The position numbers and the translations under genes were made by a program. Of a stretch of DNA of 64,000 nt, positions 54,050 to 64,000 are shown piece after piece. Each line of letters starts with the position of its first letter. The first letter of the stretch is position 1. The notes under the pieces were generated by a model. That model was given only the letters and a program-made list of their open reading frames with translations, was not told the DNA's origin and made no database searches. The stretch comes from an uncultured Spirochaetota bacterium (GTDB lineage: Bacteria > Spirochaetota > Spirochaetia > SZUA-6 > Fen-1364). The stretch lies in NCBI GenBank assembly GCA_963734545.1, contig CAVTHO010000007.1:962010-1026009 (forward strand). Direction: 5' to 3'.

Positions 54050-55397
54050 CAGGCTCTCCCTTCAGGAGAAGATCGAGCTTCGCGCGCATCGACGTCAGTT
54101 GTTCCCTGGTCCCGCGACACGCTCTTTCCGTCCATGAAGATCGCGTAAATCGCGGTCATAGGGGGCGTAGTCCAGGGTCCCGGTTTTCGACGGTCCATTG
54201 TCATCGTGAATTTCACCGTCACGTTCCCGGCACGTCGGAGTCTCGCCGCACCTCGCCATCCTGTAATCCGATGACAGACTGGTAGAAACTTCTTGAAGTA
54301 CTCCTCCACCGCCGCTCCATCCATCGAATACGACGGCGCCGCCTTCTCCTCCTCGCCCGCCTTTTCCGCTTTCTTCGTTGTGCGGCTGATGGCGAGGACG
54401 TGTATTGTTACGGCCACCGTGATGTCGATCCTGGCGTCGTCGATGTTGGGGATGAAGATGAACTCATCCACGATGTGAACGGCTTCGTGTCCATGAATGC
54501 GAGGCTTGACGTGGTGACGGTGTACACGGTCGGCTGGCCCTTGATGAAGTACGTTTCCGTGTCAGATTCTTTCGCGCCGAACAGGAAGGTGATGGCATTC
54601 GCCCCGGACCAGCGCTTCCCCGGCCGCGCAAGGTACCCGGGCCAGATCACGGGCGCATCCGCGGCAAAGGACTCGATGGCAATCGCCTGGGGTGCCTTCA
54701 GGAGCGGGTCTGCTTCTCCGTGTGCGATACCTCACGGGAAGGGCAGAGTAAGAATGTACTTGCCGAATCCAAGCTGATAGCTCTTGTTCCGTGGTCTTTT
54801 CTTTCGCTTCTATGACCGTCCCATCGCGCTCCGCCGGTAGCTGATCTCGTCGTAGTTCAGGGCAGGGGTGATCGTCTTCGAGCGAAGGTCGTTCGCCGTC
54901 CAGTTGAAATGCTCCGCATCGTACATCTGCACGGTGTAGACACGCGCGGATCGCCCTTTGCCTGGTGATACGTGCCGCTCCCGGGGGCCTTGTCCCCGAG
55001 GAACACCGTCTGCGAGGTTCGTCGCCGAAGGTACCGGTTGCGGCTGCCTTGGGAGTTTTCAGGCTGTATTGGGCCGGATCGGTCGGAGGGCTTTCGTCAA
55101 TAAGTTGCTCCGCGAAGAGGTCCGAGGATTCCGGTGAGGAGCCGTTCGAGATTGCCCGTGTCGAACACGAGCCCCGGCAAGGTCCGGGCGGCACGAGCGT
55201 CCATGAGGAGCCCCTTCTTGAGGAGGGTCAGATCCCCATCGGCGTCCCGTGAGCTGGACCTTCACCAGTTTCTCTTTGTCACCCTTGAGGAGCTGGGGCG
55301 GGGTATTCGCCGCGGCAGGTCCGGCCTGAGCAGGTACGCCGATCAGCCCGCCAAGAACGACGAGCACGGCGAGCAGCGTCCATCCGCGCCTGCTCAT
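54039..55397 (-). pseudogene. Degraded mirror copy of the DUF4340 gene
   Basis: Homologous to 51581-53007; many small deletions. Confidence 0.7.
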
Positions 55398-56843
55398 AGA
55401 TGCCGCCTCCTCATCCGCACGGCGAACCCCGCCGAGCACCAGCGCGGGAACCAGGATCACCACGAGGGCGGAATAGAGGATGGCCTGGAGCTTGTGAGGC
55501 TGAGCCGCATCTGCAGCAGGCTCTTGCCGTATCGTGATGGTCTGTTTCTGGCCCCTGAGCCATCCCAGGCTGTTCATGAAGAACTCGCTGTTTCCCGGGA
55601 CCTGCGAGGTGAGGGACTGGCCGAGGAACTGGATGTCACCGGCCACGATCAGCTTCGTGTCCTTGCGCGAGGGATCCGGGCGGCGTCCGTTATGGCCACG
55701 GCAAGTGTGAAGGGTCCCGACGGTCGGCGGGACCCGCGCGAGGGTCTTCGTGCTCGGTATGTCGCGTATCCCGCAGGACTTCGCGGAGGAGGTGAGCAGC
55801 GGCTCGATCTTCAGGCTCCTTTTCTTCAGCTCCAGTGGTCTGCATCGACCTCGGGCAGGCCGGCAGCACGATATGCGAAGTTGTTCTTGCGCAGCGGCGC
55901 CAGGATGTCGTGCAGCTCCTGGCTGGGGATGAGGTAGAGCGGGTTCTGCGCCGCGATCTGCCCTGGTCCCCCTCCACGACGACCACGTTCTGCACCTGCA
56001 CCCCGTAGGTCTGCAGGAGCGACGCGAGGTTCGCCATCGGGGCCTGCCGCGTGATGAGCACTCCACGAGGATGACCGCGCGGCCGCCCTGGTCGATCGAG
56101 GCGCGGATCTTCTCCACGTCCTGGCCGTGAGGTCGGTTTTGGGAGCCAGAACCAGAAGGATGTGGGGTCTCGGCCGGGCACTGCCTTTTCCGTGAGGAGG
56201 GAGAGGTCTTCACCGCGTAGTTCTTCGTTGCCCACGACGGTGGAAAGACCGAGCGAATCCAGGGACTGCTCGCCGTGGCCCTGCAGGACGGAGAGGGTGA
56301 CGTTCTTCGTCCGCGGTCACGAACTGAGCACGGCGGAGGTCACGCGCTGTTCCACGGAGAGGGAGGTGAGCTGCGGCTGCCTGTTGGGGTTGGAGGTGTC
56401 ATAGTTGTACATGTCGTAGAGCACCGATGGTCTTGAACTTCTTCCCGGAGGCCACCACCAGGGACCCGGGCGCGAGGCCCTGGCTGGTCGGGATCGTACT
56501 GGCGCGCCCAGCCGGGGCTCCTTCGGGGTCGACCGTCTTCAGCGCAATATGCCTGCTGCGGTCCGCGTACTTGGCGAGGATCTCCTTGATGGTGGGATCC
56601 TGGTTCTCTTCCTTGCTGACGGTCGTGATTGTCACGTCCGCGCCAGCCCGTCCAGCAGCTTGTACGTCTGATCGGAAAGCGAGAACAGCTTGTTCTGCGT
56701 CAGGTCCAGCTTTCCCGGAATCTGGCCCACGAGGACATTGACCACGACGATCGCGGCCAGCACGGCAACGATCAGGAGAGTGGCATAGCCGCCGAATCGG
56801 AACTTTCGGCTTTTCAGGAATCGAAGAGTGAGATCTTTTTCAC
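55394..56843 (-). pseudogene. Frameshifted, diverged mirror copy of the GldG-like gene
   Basis: SQVPGNSEFFMNSLGWL versus AQVPGNGDFFMNSLDWL in the left copy. Confidence 0.72.
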
Positions 56844-56854
56844 GGTTGCCTCCT

Positions 56855-57724
56855 CTACACCCAGCGCCGTTTTTCGATCATGCGGATCGTGAGGAAGACG
56901 AACGCGCCGGAGAACGAGATGTAATACACGATGGGGCCCAGGCTCAGGATTCCCATGCTGAAGTCGTTGTAGCGCTTGAGCAGTGAGAACCAGGTGAGGA
57001 CCTTGGCGGCAATCCCCTCGAAGAACGTCCTCGAAAACACGAACAGGAGCACCAGGACGGCCCCCGCGGCGACGATGGTGACGATCGTGGCCAGCGTGCT
57101 CCGGGTGCTGAAGAAGACGAGCAGCACGAGCCCCGCCGCGAGGATTGCCATGAAGGCGAGTCCCATGTTCGGGTCGGTGGGAAGGTTCTGCGCGATGATA
57201 TCCAGTATCCAGATCAACAGGAGCGCCGCGAATGTGATCATGGCGGCCACGAGCTGATTGTCCGTGAGGGACGAGAAGAAGAGCCCCACCGCGATGAAGG
57301 AGGAGCCGAGCAGGAAGAACCCGATATACCCGCCGAGGATCTCCCACCCGGCCAGCCCTCCGATGGCGAAGAAGCTTATCAGGATCGGGTACAGCACCGT
57401 GATGAGGAGCGTGATGAGGAACACGGCCACCGCGGCGAGATACTTGCCCATGACAAATCCCGTGATGCTCAGGGGGCTCGTGATCAGGAGCTGATCGGTC
57501 TTCTGCCGCATCTCCTCGGAGATCAATCGCATGGTGAGGATGGGCACCAGGAAGAGGAATATGAAAGTGAGGCTGCTGAGCATTCCCGTGTAGCCGGGAT
57601 TTCCCGACAGCAGGTTGGAGAGGGCAAAGAACACCCCCGTGATCAGGATGAAGAAGCCCACGAATGTGAATCCTATGGGCGATACGAAGTACGCCTTGAG
57701 CTCCCGACGAAATACCGCGAGCAT
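56855..57724 (-). CDS. GldF-like ABC-2 permease (intact copy)
   Basis: 289-aa uninterrupted ORF, GGAGG RBS. Confidence 0.88.
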   Translation of the reverse strand: MLAVFRRELKAYFVSPIGFTFVGFFILITGVFFALSNLLSGNPGYTGMLSSLTFIFLFLVPILTMRLISEEMRQKTDQLLITSPLSITGFVMGKYLAAVAVFLITLLITVLYPILISFFAIGGLAGWEILGGYIGFFLLGSSFIAVGLFFSSLTDNQLVAAMITFAALLLIWILDIIAQNLPTDPNMGLAFMAILAAGLVLLVFFSTRSTLATIVTIVAAGAVLVLLFVFSRTFFEGIAAKVLTWFSLLKRYNDFSMGILSLGPIVYYISFSGAFVFLTIRMIEKRRWV

Positions 57725-57725
57725 G

Positions 57726-58673
57726 TCAGGATACCTCCCTTTCTTCCGTGACGAGATTGAGGAATATCTCCTCCAGGGTGAGATCCATGGATTTCATCAG
57801 GAGGATCGGCAGGTTGGCCCGGGCAAACGCGGTGAAGACATCCCTTCGCACGTCCTGGTCGCGACGGGCTTCCACCACGACCTCCACCGTGCCGGGCTCC
57901 CTGCTCCCGACGCTCTCGGCCTTGACCACGTTCGCCACCCCCCGCGCGACAGCGAGCACTTCCTTCTCGGGTCCCGCCACCCGGAGGGACAGACGGTTGT
58001 CCCCTGACAAGCCGCGGGACAGGTTTTCCGGGGTGTCACTGGCGACGATCCTGCCCCTGTTGATGATCAGGACCCGGCTGCAGACCGCCTGCACCTCGGG
58101 GAGAATGTGCGAGCTGAGGATGATCGTGTGTTCCTTCCCCAGGTCCCGGATGAGATTTCTCGTCTCGATGATCTGCTGGGGATCCAGGCCGATGGTCGGC
58201 TCGTCGAGGATGAGCACCGGCGGGGTTCCGATGAGGGCCTGCGCGATGCCGACGCGCTGCTTGTAGCCCTTGGAAAGGTTCTTGATGAGCCTTCCGCGCA
58301 CGTCCGCGATTTTCAGCAGCTCCATGGAGCGGTCCATGTTCTGCCTGCGGCGCGATTTCGCAACGCCCTTGATGTCGCATACGAAGGACAGGTAGTCGCC
58401 GACGGTCATGTCCACGTAGAGCGGCGGGAGCTCGGGCATGTACCCGATCTGCTTCTTCACCGCCTGCGGCTCCTCGAGTATGTCGTGGCTGTCCAGCTTG
58501 ACCGAGCCCTCCGTCGCGGAAAGATACCCGGTGATGATGTTCATCGTGGTGGACTTGCCCGCGCCATTGGGACCGAGGAAGCCGAGAATCTCGCCCCGAT
58601 TGACGGTGAAGTTCAGCCGGTCCACGGCAACACGCGGGCCGTATTTCTTGGTGACGTTCTCGACCTGTATCAA
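57726..58673 (-). CDS. GldA-like ABC ATPase (intact copy)
   Basis: Walker A/B and signature motifs; AAGGAG RBS, TTG start. Confidence 0.9.
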   Translation of the reverse strand: MIQVENVTKKYGPRVAVDRLNFTVNRGEILGFLGPNGAGKSTTMNIITGYLSATEGSVKLDSHDILEEPQAVKKQIGYMPELPPLYVDMTVGDYLSFVCDIKGVAKSRRRQNMDRSMELLKIADVRGRLIKNLSKGYKQRVGIAQALIGTPPVLILDEPTIGLDPQQIIETRNLIRDLGKEHTIILSSHILPEVQAVCSRVLIINRGRIVASDTPENLSRGLSGDNRLSLRVAGPEKEVLAVARGVANVVKAESVGSREPGTVEVVVEARRDQDVRRDVFTAFARANLPILLMKSMDLTLEEIFLNLVTEEREVS

Positions 58674-58911
58674 GACGTTCTCCTTTCTCTCAGGCGAATC
58701 GGCGGTAGCGATATATTCATGTCCTTTGAATGTCACGGAATACCGCGGCCACTGCACCCAGTGGCATTCGTGACGCTTAATCGCAATATATCAAAAACGA
58801 CGGCCTTTGGACACACCCCGGCCGCGGTATTCCGCGGCATTTCCTCCCCGGCCACGAATGTCGCGGAGTACCGTGACCGGTGTATTCAGTGGCATTTCCT
58901 CCCCGGCCGCT

Positions 58912-59610
58912 TCAGGGTGCGAATTTCAGCAATTCTTTCAGCGAGCGAATGACGTAGTCCGGCGCGGCAAGGGTCTCCGGCCAGGCCGCCCCCGAGGGAG
59001 CGTACCAGCAGGCGTCGATTCCGGCAGCCCGCGCACCCTGCACATCGGCCGCCGGCGTGTCACCGACGCACAGCAGGTCCAAAGGCGGCAGCCGCAGCGC
59101 GGCGCAGGCCGCGTGGAAGAAGCGCGGGTCCGGTTTCGCCACGCCCAGCTCTTCGGAAATCAGGACAGCGGAGAAGCAGCCGGCAATTCCCGAGAGAGAG
59201 AGCCTTCCGCGCTGCACCGCCGAAATTCCGTTGGTGACGAGGCAGAGATCGGCGCGGCGAGAGAGGGCGCGCACCACCGAGCGCGCGTGGGGGAGAAAGT
59301 AGGCCTTTTTCGACAGCCGGGTGAGGTATCCATCGGAAAGCTCCGAGGGATCGCCTTCCAGGTCCAGGTCTTTCAACAGGTCTTCGAAACGGCCGACCTT
59401 GAGATACGCAAGGGTGACAGCGCCCTGCTCGAATCGCTTCCAGTAGCCGGCGTTGATGCTCCTGTATGCGGCCCGGGCTGTCTCCCGCGGTACAAGGGGC
59501 GCTGCCTGCGCGAGGGTCTCATCCAGGGCCTCCCTCTCTGCCCGGTCGTAGTCGAAGAGTGTGTTGTCCGCATCCAGGAGAAAGCCGCGGTAGGTCTTCA
59601 TGGCGGCCAT
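58912..59610 (-). CDS. yjjG: YjjG-family pyrimidine nucleotidase (intact copy)
   Basis: DADNTLFDY, TNG, ISEELGVAKPD, GD. Confidence 0.82.
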   Translation of the reverse strand: MAAMKTYRGFLLDADNTLFDYDRAEREALDETLAQAAPLVPRETARAAYRSINAGYWKRFEQGAVTLAYLKVGRFEDLLKDLDLEGDPSELSDGYLTRLSKKAYFLPHARSVVRALSRRADLCLVTNGISAVQRGRLSLSGIAGCFSAVLISEELGVAKPDPRFFHAACAALRLPPLDLLCVGDTPAADVQGARAAGIDACWYAPSGAAWPETLAAPDYVIRSLKELLKFAP

Positions 59611-59872
59611 GCGCCTTGCACCAGAATGTCACGGAGTACCGTGACCGAGGTATGCCGTGCAGTTTCGTGGCATTTCATAGGGTCAGCCATGATGCCGCGA
59701 AAGCGGACGCCTCTCAAGAGGGCATTGGATCGAGTGAATGCCACTGAGCACAGCAGCCGCGGGGGCTTGACTTTTTCTTCAATAAACGTAAATTTTGCAG
59801 GCTTCTCTGTTCCTTCTCCAAGGAAAACTGCAGAGGCTCACGGACAGACTCACGAAAGGAGGTCGGACTCAT

Positions 59873-60049
59873 ATGGCTGAGGTTTTGAGCAAGAATGCAA
59901 GGGTGGGAATCGTCACGCAGAAGTTCTTCTGCACCTGCGGCGGCGAGGTGAAAATGAAGCTCGTCTTTACAAAAGGCAAGATGCGCAACACGGCCGAGTG
60001 CGAAAAGTGCCATCGCCAGGAGCGCAAGCCCAGCGATTTCAAGGCCTGA
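59873..60049 (+). CDS. 58-aa zinc-ribbon protein (right copy)
   Basis: AAAGGAGG RBS; one substitution (L/M) versus the left copy. Confidence 0.8.
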   Translation: MAEVLSKNARVGIVTQKFFCTCGGEVKMKLVFTKGKMRNTAECEKCHRQERKPSDFKA

Positions 60050-60124
60050 ACCGGCCGCGATATCACCCATCCGCACGGGCATATGCCGCCTGGATGGGTT
60101 TTTTATTGCCCGATCGGCCAGGCG

Positions 60125-60889
60125 CTATCCACGGCGCAGCGTGACGGCCTCCGCCTCCCTCCACACCTTCACCTGTGCCTCGATCTCTGCTCGTATCCTG
60201 ACAAGCAGCTCGCTGATTTCCCTCTTTCCCTTCGGCGCGGGGTAGAGCGTGAGGGGCTTCACCCTGTAGTGCGCGCCCCTCAGGTTCCTGAGGAGCTGTC
60301 GGAGAGTGGACAGGCGGTGCCCGCCGTCCAGGGCCACGGAGAGCACGGGGAGGGAAGCCTGCTCCAGGATGATTCTCACCGCGCCGGTGTAAAACTCGTT
60401 CACACGTCCCGTCCGCGAGCGCGTGCCTTCTGGAAACACGACGGGGCATATTCCCTGCTGCGTCAGGCCCGCGAACCTTCGCAGCTCCTTGTTGCCCGCG
60501 CGGTAGTCGCCGGTCCGGGAAATGAGCGCGTGCAGTCCCCACCGCAGAGAGGTGGAAGCGTAGGGAATTCCGCGGCTCAAGGACTTCTTGGCCACGTACC
60601 GCAGGGCGTTGCGGGGAAATGTTGCCGCCATGGCCGGGATGTCCGCCAGGGTCTGATGATTGGAGACGATCAGGACCACGCGGGGCAGGGTGCCTTTGAA
60701 TTTCTCGAAATCGGTGTGCAGTCCGCAAAAGAGGTGCATGAGAAAGAAAAGCTTTCTCGAGATCACCGGCTGGAAGCTGCTGATCCACCGCATGACGGAA
60801 TCCGGTTTGAATGCCGCCACCAGGCGCAGAACCAGCTCGCCGCGGACAAAGATCAGGGCCGCGCAGAGGATGAGCAGCGCTGCGCCCAT
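60125..60889 (-). CDS. PlsC-like lysophospholipid acyltransferase (intact copy)
   Basis: NHQTLAD, AKKSL, FPEGTRS. Confidence 0.88.
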   Translation of the reverse strand: MGAALLILCAALIFVRGELVLRLVAAFKPDSVMRWISSFQPVISRKLFFLMHLFCGLHTDFEKFKGTLPRVVLIVSNHQTLADIPAMAATFPRNALRYVAKKSLSRGIPYASTSLRWGLHALISRTGDYRAGNKELRRFAGLTQQGICPVVFPEGTRSRTGRVNEFYTGAVRIILEQASLPVLSVALDGGHRLSTLRQLLRNLRGAHYRVKPLTLYPAPKGKREISELLVRIRAEIEAQVKVWREAEAVTLRRG

Positions 60890-60891
60890 GC

Positions 60892-61779
60892 CTACTTCCG
60901 CCGCGCGGCGGCGATTTTCGCGGCAAGGGCGCGGATGAAACAGGGGTCCGTGCCGCAGCACCCGCCGATCACGTCCACCCCCGCCTCGAGGAGCGCCGGT
61001 GCATATGACGCATACTGCTCGGCCGTGAGCGGGTAGGCGACCTTGCCCGCGACGATCTGCGGGATGCCCGCGTTCGCCTTGACCCAGACCGGGAGGGTGG
61101 TCAGCTTGCGGAGAAGGGGCGCGAGCGGCACATAGTCCTCGATGCCTGAACCGCAGTTTGCGCCGATGAGCGAGGCACCTGCCTCCGTGGCTTTCCTGAC
61201 ACAATCCTCCGGCGGGTTGCCCATCATGGTCCTGTATCCCTTGGAGGTCCTGTTGTAGGTCATGCTGGCCACAACAGGAAGGCCGGTCGTCTCCACTGCG
61301 GCGCGGACCGCAACGGCCATTTCGTCCACGTCGGTCATGGATTCCACGACGATCCAGTCGACGCCGGCGCTGCCGAGGGCTTCAGCCTGCTCCGCGAACA
61401 CGCCGTACAGCTCTTCCGCGGTCACTTCCCCGAGGGCGATGAATCGGGCGCTGGGGCCGATGTCCCCCGCTACAAGCGCCGCGCCTCCGACAACTTCCCG
61501 CGCCAGGGCTGCCGCCGCGGTATTGATTTCACGCACGCGCGCCGAGAGCCCGTGGGGCTCCAGGCGGAAGCGGTTGGCGCCGAAGGAGTTGGTGAGCACG
61601 ATGTCCGCGCCCGCCTCGAGGTATTCACGGGTGATTTCGCGCACGATCTCGGGATGATCGAGGTTCCACCCGTCCGGAGGCGAACCCTGCATCAGCCCCC
61701 GCTTGAAAAACTCCGTTCCCCATGCCCCGTCAGCCAGGAGCACGGCGCCTTTTTCCCACGTTTTCCCAAGAATCTGCAT
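60892..61779 (-). CDS. Homocysteine S-methyltransferase family protein (intact copy)
   Basis: Stand-alone MetH N-terminal domain; Zn ligands GANC and GGCC. Confidence 0.9.
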   Translation of the reverse strand: MQILGKTWEKGAVLLADGAWGTEFFKRGLMQGSPPDGWNLDHPEIVREITREYLEAGADIVLTNSFGANRFRLEPHGLSARVREINTAAAALAREVVGGAALVAGDIGPSARFIALGEVTAEELYGVFAEQAEALGSAGVDWIVVESMTDVDEMAVAVRAAVETTGLPVVASMTYNRTSKGYRTMMGNPPEDCVRKATEAGASLIGANCGSGIEDYVPLAPLLRKLTTLPVWVKANAGIPQIVAGKVAYPLTAEQYASYAPALLEAGVDVIGGCCGTDPCFIRALAAKIAAARRK

Positions 61780-61847
61780 GATGCGGGCGATAGTATCCTT
61801 TCCCCGCGCTTGTGAAAAGGATGAGATTCCATTAGGCTGGCCGTCGC

Positions 61848-63113
61848 ATGGGAGCCTTCCTGCTGGTTTTTGCCGTGTTCAGCGCCATCATACTCGTGTT
61901 TCACCTCGCCCTTACGGCGGGCCTGCTCATCGATTTCCGCCGCGAACGGCGCGTGCACAGGCAAGCGGCGTCGCCCGCTGGCGGCGGGACGCTTGTCCGT
62001 CCCCGCGCCGAGGTGGTGGTAGCCGTACGGGACGAGGAAGGCACGCTCCCGCGGCTCCTGGATTCGCTGCGCGCGCAGACACTCGATGGCTGCCTCTTCC
62101 TGTTCGTTGATGACAGGTCCACCGATGGAACGGCGCGTCTCCTGGATGATTTCTGCGCCGTCGTGGGCCCCCGCGCGCGGGTCATCCACAATCGCGCCGA
62201 GCCGGTGGCCCTGACCGGGAAACAGGCCGCGCTCGATCTTGCGTTCGCGGAGGCGAGAGGGGATGTGCTTCTCTTCACGGACGGGGATTGCCGTCTGCCT
62301 CCGGAGTGGGCGGAAGAAATGCTGCTCCATTTCCTGGATGACCGGGTCGGGGTGGTCCTGGGGAGAATCGAGCTGGCCGAGGGAGCCTCTTTCCTGGGCC
62401 GGTTTCAGGCATTCGAGCAGCCCCTGCTCAACCAGTACAACTTCGGTTCAGTGGGGATAGGCATCCCGACCGGATGCTTCGGCAACAACATGGGCGTCCG
62501 GGCAGCCGCCGTGAAACAGGCGGGAGGGTTTCGGGCCCTCGGCTACTCCGTCACCGAGGATGCCATGCTTCTCGACGCCTTGTGCCGCCGCAATGGGTGG
62601 GAAGTGAAGACCTGCACGTCGATCCGGAGCGCCGCAACCACGATCCCCAAGACGAGCTGGAGGGAGTACTTCAACCAGCACATCCGCTGGAATGCCGGCG
62701 CCCTTTTCTCATCAGACCTGGTGACACGCGCGTCCTACATCTTCGTGGTGGTCATCTACCTGGTCGGAAGCCTCCTGGTGCTTCCCCTGGGATTCCTGGA
62801 CTGGCGCGTGCCCGTCCTTTCCCTGAACTCGTTTCTGAGCATTGGTCTTCTGGCTTTTGCCGGAGGATTCTATGAGGGCAAACGGAAGGGGCGCTATTTC
62901 CTTCGTTTTCTGCCCTACCTCTTCTTTTTCGGGTTCTTCTACAGCTTCATCACCGTGCGGACGCTCGCGCAGAGATCCTTTGTCTGGAAAGGTGTGCCGC
63001 TTCGCGCCGTGATCAGCCCGGGGAGAACTCCTTCTCCACCGAAAGCCAGGAAGCCTTCAGCGGTGATCATCGGGGCGGCGAGCGGCGCCTTGAGCCACTC
63101 CTCCTGCACGTAG
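61848..63113 (+). CDS. GT2 membrane glycosyltransferase (intact copy, stop uncertain)
   Basis: DDRSTD, DGD, TED, QHIRW; N- and C-terminal TM helices. Confidence 0.88.
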   Translation: MGAFLLVFAVFSAIILVFHLALTAGLLIDFRRERRVHRQAASPAGGGTLVRPRAEVVVAVRDEEGTLPRLLDSLRAQTLDGCLFLFVDDRSTDGTARLLDDFCAVVGPRARVIHNRAEPVALTGKQAALDLAFAEARGDVLLFTDGDCRLPPEWAEEMLLHFLDDRVGVVLGRIELAEGASFLGRFQAFEQPLLNQYNFGSVGIGIPTGCFGNNMGVRAAAVKQAGGFRALGYSVTEDAMLLDALCRRNGWEVKTCTSIRSAATTIPKTSWREYFNQHIRWNAGALFSSDLVTRASYIFVVVIYLVGSLLVLPLGFLDWRVPVLSLNSFLSIGLLAFAGGFYEGKRKGRYFLRFLPYLFFFGFFYSFITVRTLAQRSFVWKGVPLRAVISPGRTPSPPKARKPSAVIIGAASGALSHSSCT

Positions 63114-63756
63114 CCCCAGGCGGCGAGCAGCGCGCGGACGCGCGGGTTCTCGTTGCCGCGCAGGTGATCGATCTGATCCTCCACCAGGATTGCGCCCTGG
63201 TATCCGCCCTCCGCGCGCAGCCTTTCCGTTGCGGCGAGCTTCGGCTCTCCATCGCTGGAAAGATCAGCTCCTGCGGCATCTCGATGTGGTTGGCGGCGAG
63301 GATCTCGATGATGAATTGCGGCTTCTTGGTCGACAGGACGAAGAACGGCGCCTCGCGCCCCCAGCGCGCGAAACGCCCTCGTCATGTGGGGGTAGACCCT
63401 GTTCATCGCGAACCAGGAATCCCTGTCCCGCGCGAGCATTTCCGACCGTTCCTGATAGAAAAGCTCCCGGAATACCGCCCGCTTTTCGGCCCCTGCCCGC
63501 CCCGGGACAGCTCGTCGAACTTCGCCTGGTCCTGCCGGGGAGACGGCGGCGAGGGCCTCCTGGATGATGAGGAAGTCCTCGCCGGATCGTATCAAAGGAC
63601 GCAGGCGCGCGAAATCCCGGCGTGCCTCGGCGTGGCATCGGCGGCGTCCTTCCTGAACAGCGCGTGGTACGCGGCCCAGGAAACGGCGAAGCACTCGTCG
63701 ATGGAGTCGCAGATCACACCGTCGAAATCCAGGACGAGCAGAGAGGGGAAGTCCGT
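63013..63756 (-). pseudogene. Frameshifted mirror copy of the HAD hydrolase
   Basis: Homologous to 43247-43990; start reads ACG; indels. Confidence 0.7.
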
Positions 63757-63800
63757 CCCGGTGAGTGTACCTCAGGCTGACCTTTCGATATAGTTGCCGC

Positions 63801-64000
63801 GTGGAAATTTACTACTTCCAGGAGTTCATCGCCCGGTTCGACGGGGCGGGCAACCTTGCCTGCGGCTGCGGCCGGACCCACCATGTCGGCACCCGCGCGG
63901 TGCTCGCGGTCGCCCGGAGCCCTCAAGGACTTCGCCGCCATGCTCGCGAAGGAGCTCAGCGGCAGCCCACGGCTGTGGGTGCTGAGCGACGAGAACACCG
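63801..64000 (+). pseudogene. 5' part of the mirror copy of the G1PDH-like gene (frameshifted, runs off window)
   Basis: Homologous to 43004-43202. Confidence 0.7.

Larger units (their letters stand above)
43004..64000. repeat. Large imperfect inverted duplication (arms 43004-53536 and 53560-64000)
   Basis: Mirror gene order; GCGCAGCTTCCCGTCAAT and ATTGACGGGAAGCTGCGC flank a 23-nt spacer; the window end is the reverse complement of 43004-43013. Confidence 0.97.

Overview
GC-rich bacterial chromosomal DNA, most likely from a free-living spirochaete (Spirochaetia). The gene orders gltX-glyQS-tyrS, rpsT-hup-lnt...bactofilin-cinA-rho-rpmE and galK-surE-TPR-NHL match spirochaete synteny as I recall it. 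Bases 1-43 kb are mostly housekeeping and metabolic genes: tRNA-Leu(TAA), B12/iron ABC importer, HD-GYP protein, 2-oxoacid:ferredoxin oxidoreductase, corrinoid protein, two Lnt paralogues, three aminoacyl-tRNA synthetases, DsbD, Rrf2 and a G1P dehydrogenase-like enzyme. Many genes, including essential ones, carry single-base frameshifts typical of long-read consensus error. Bases 43004-64000 form a ~10.5-kb inverted duplication folding back at ~53548, in the middle of a gene. It is probably a fold-back assembly artefact with mixed-strain consensus, although the arms differ by many synonymous changes. No CRISPR array, transposase, integrase or phage gene was recognised. The most unexplained signals are two dispersed palindrome families: (A) a double hairpin with TCCN loops whose stems covary, abutting TAG stop codons and the tRNA 5' end; (B) a CGCGG-TACT-CCGCG / CACGG-TACT-CCGTG palindrome that also occurs in-frame inside genes. 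All calls are by eye from motifs; no database search was run.
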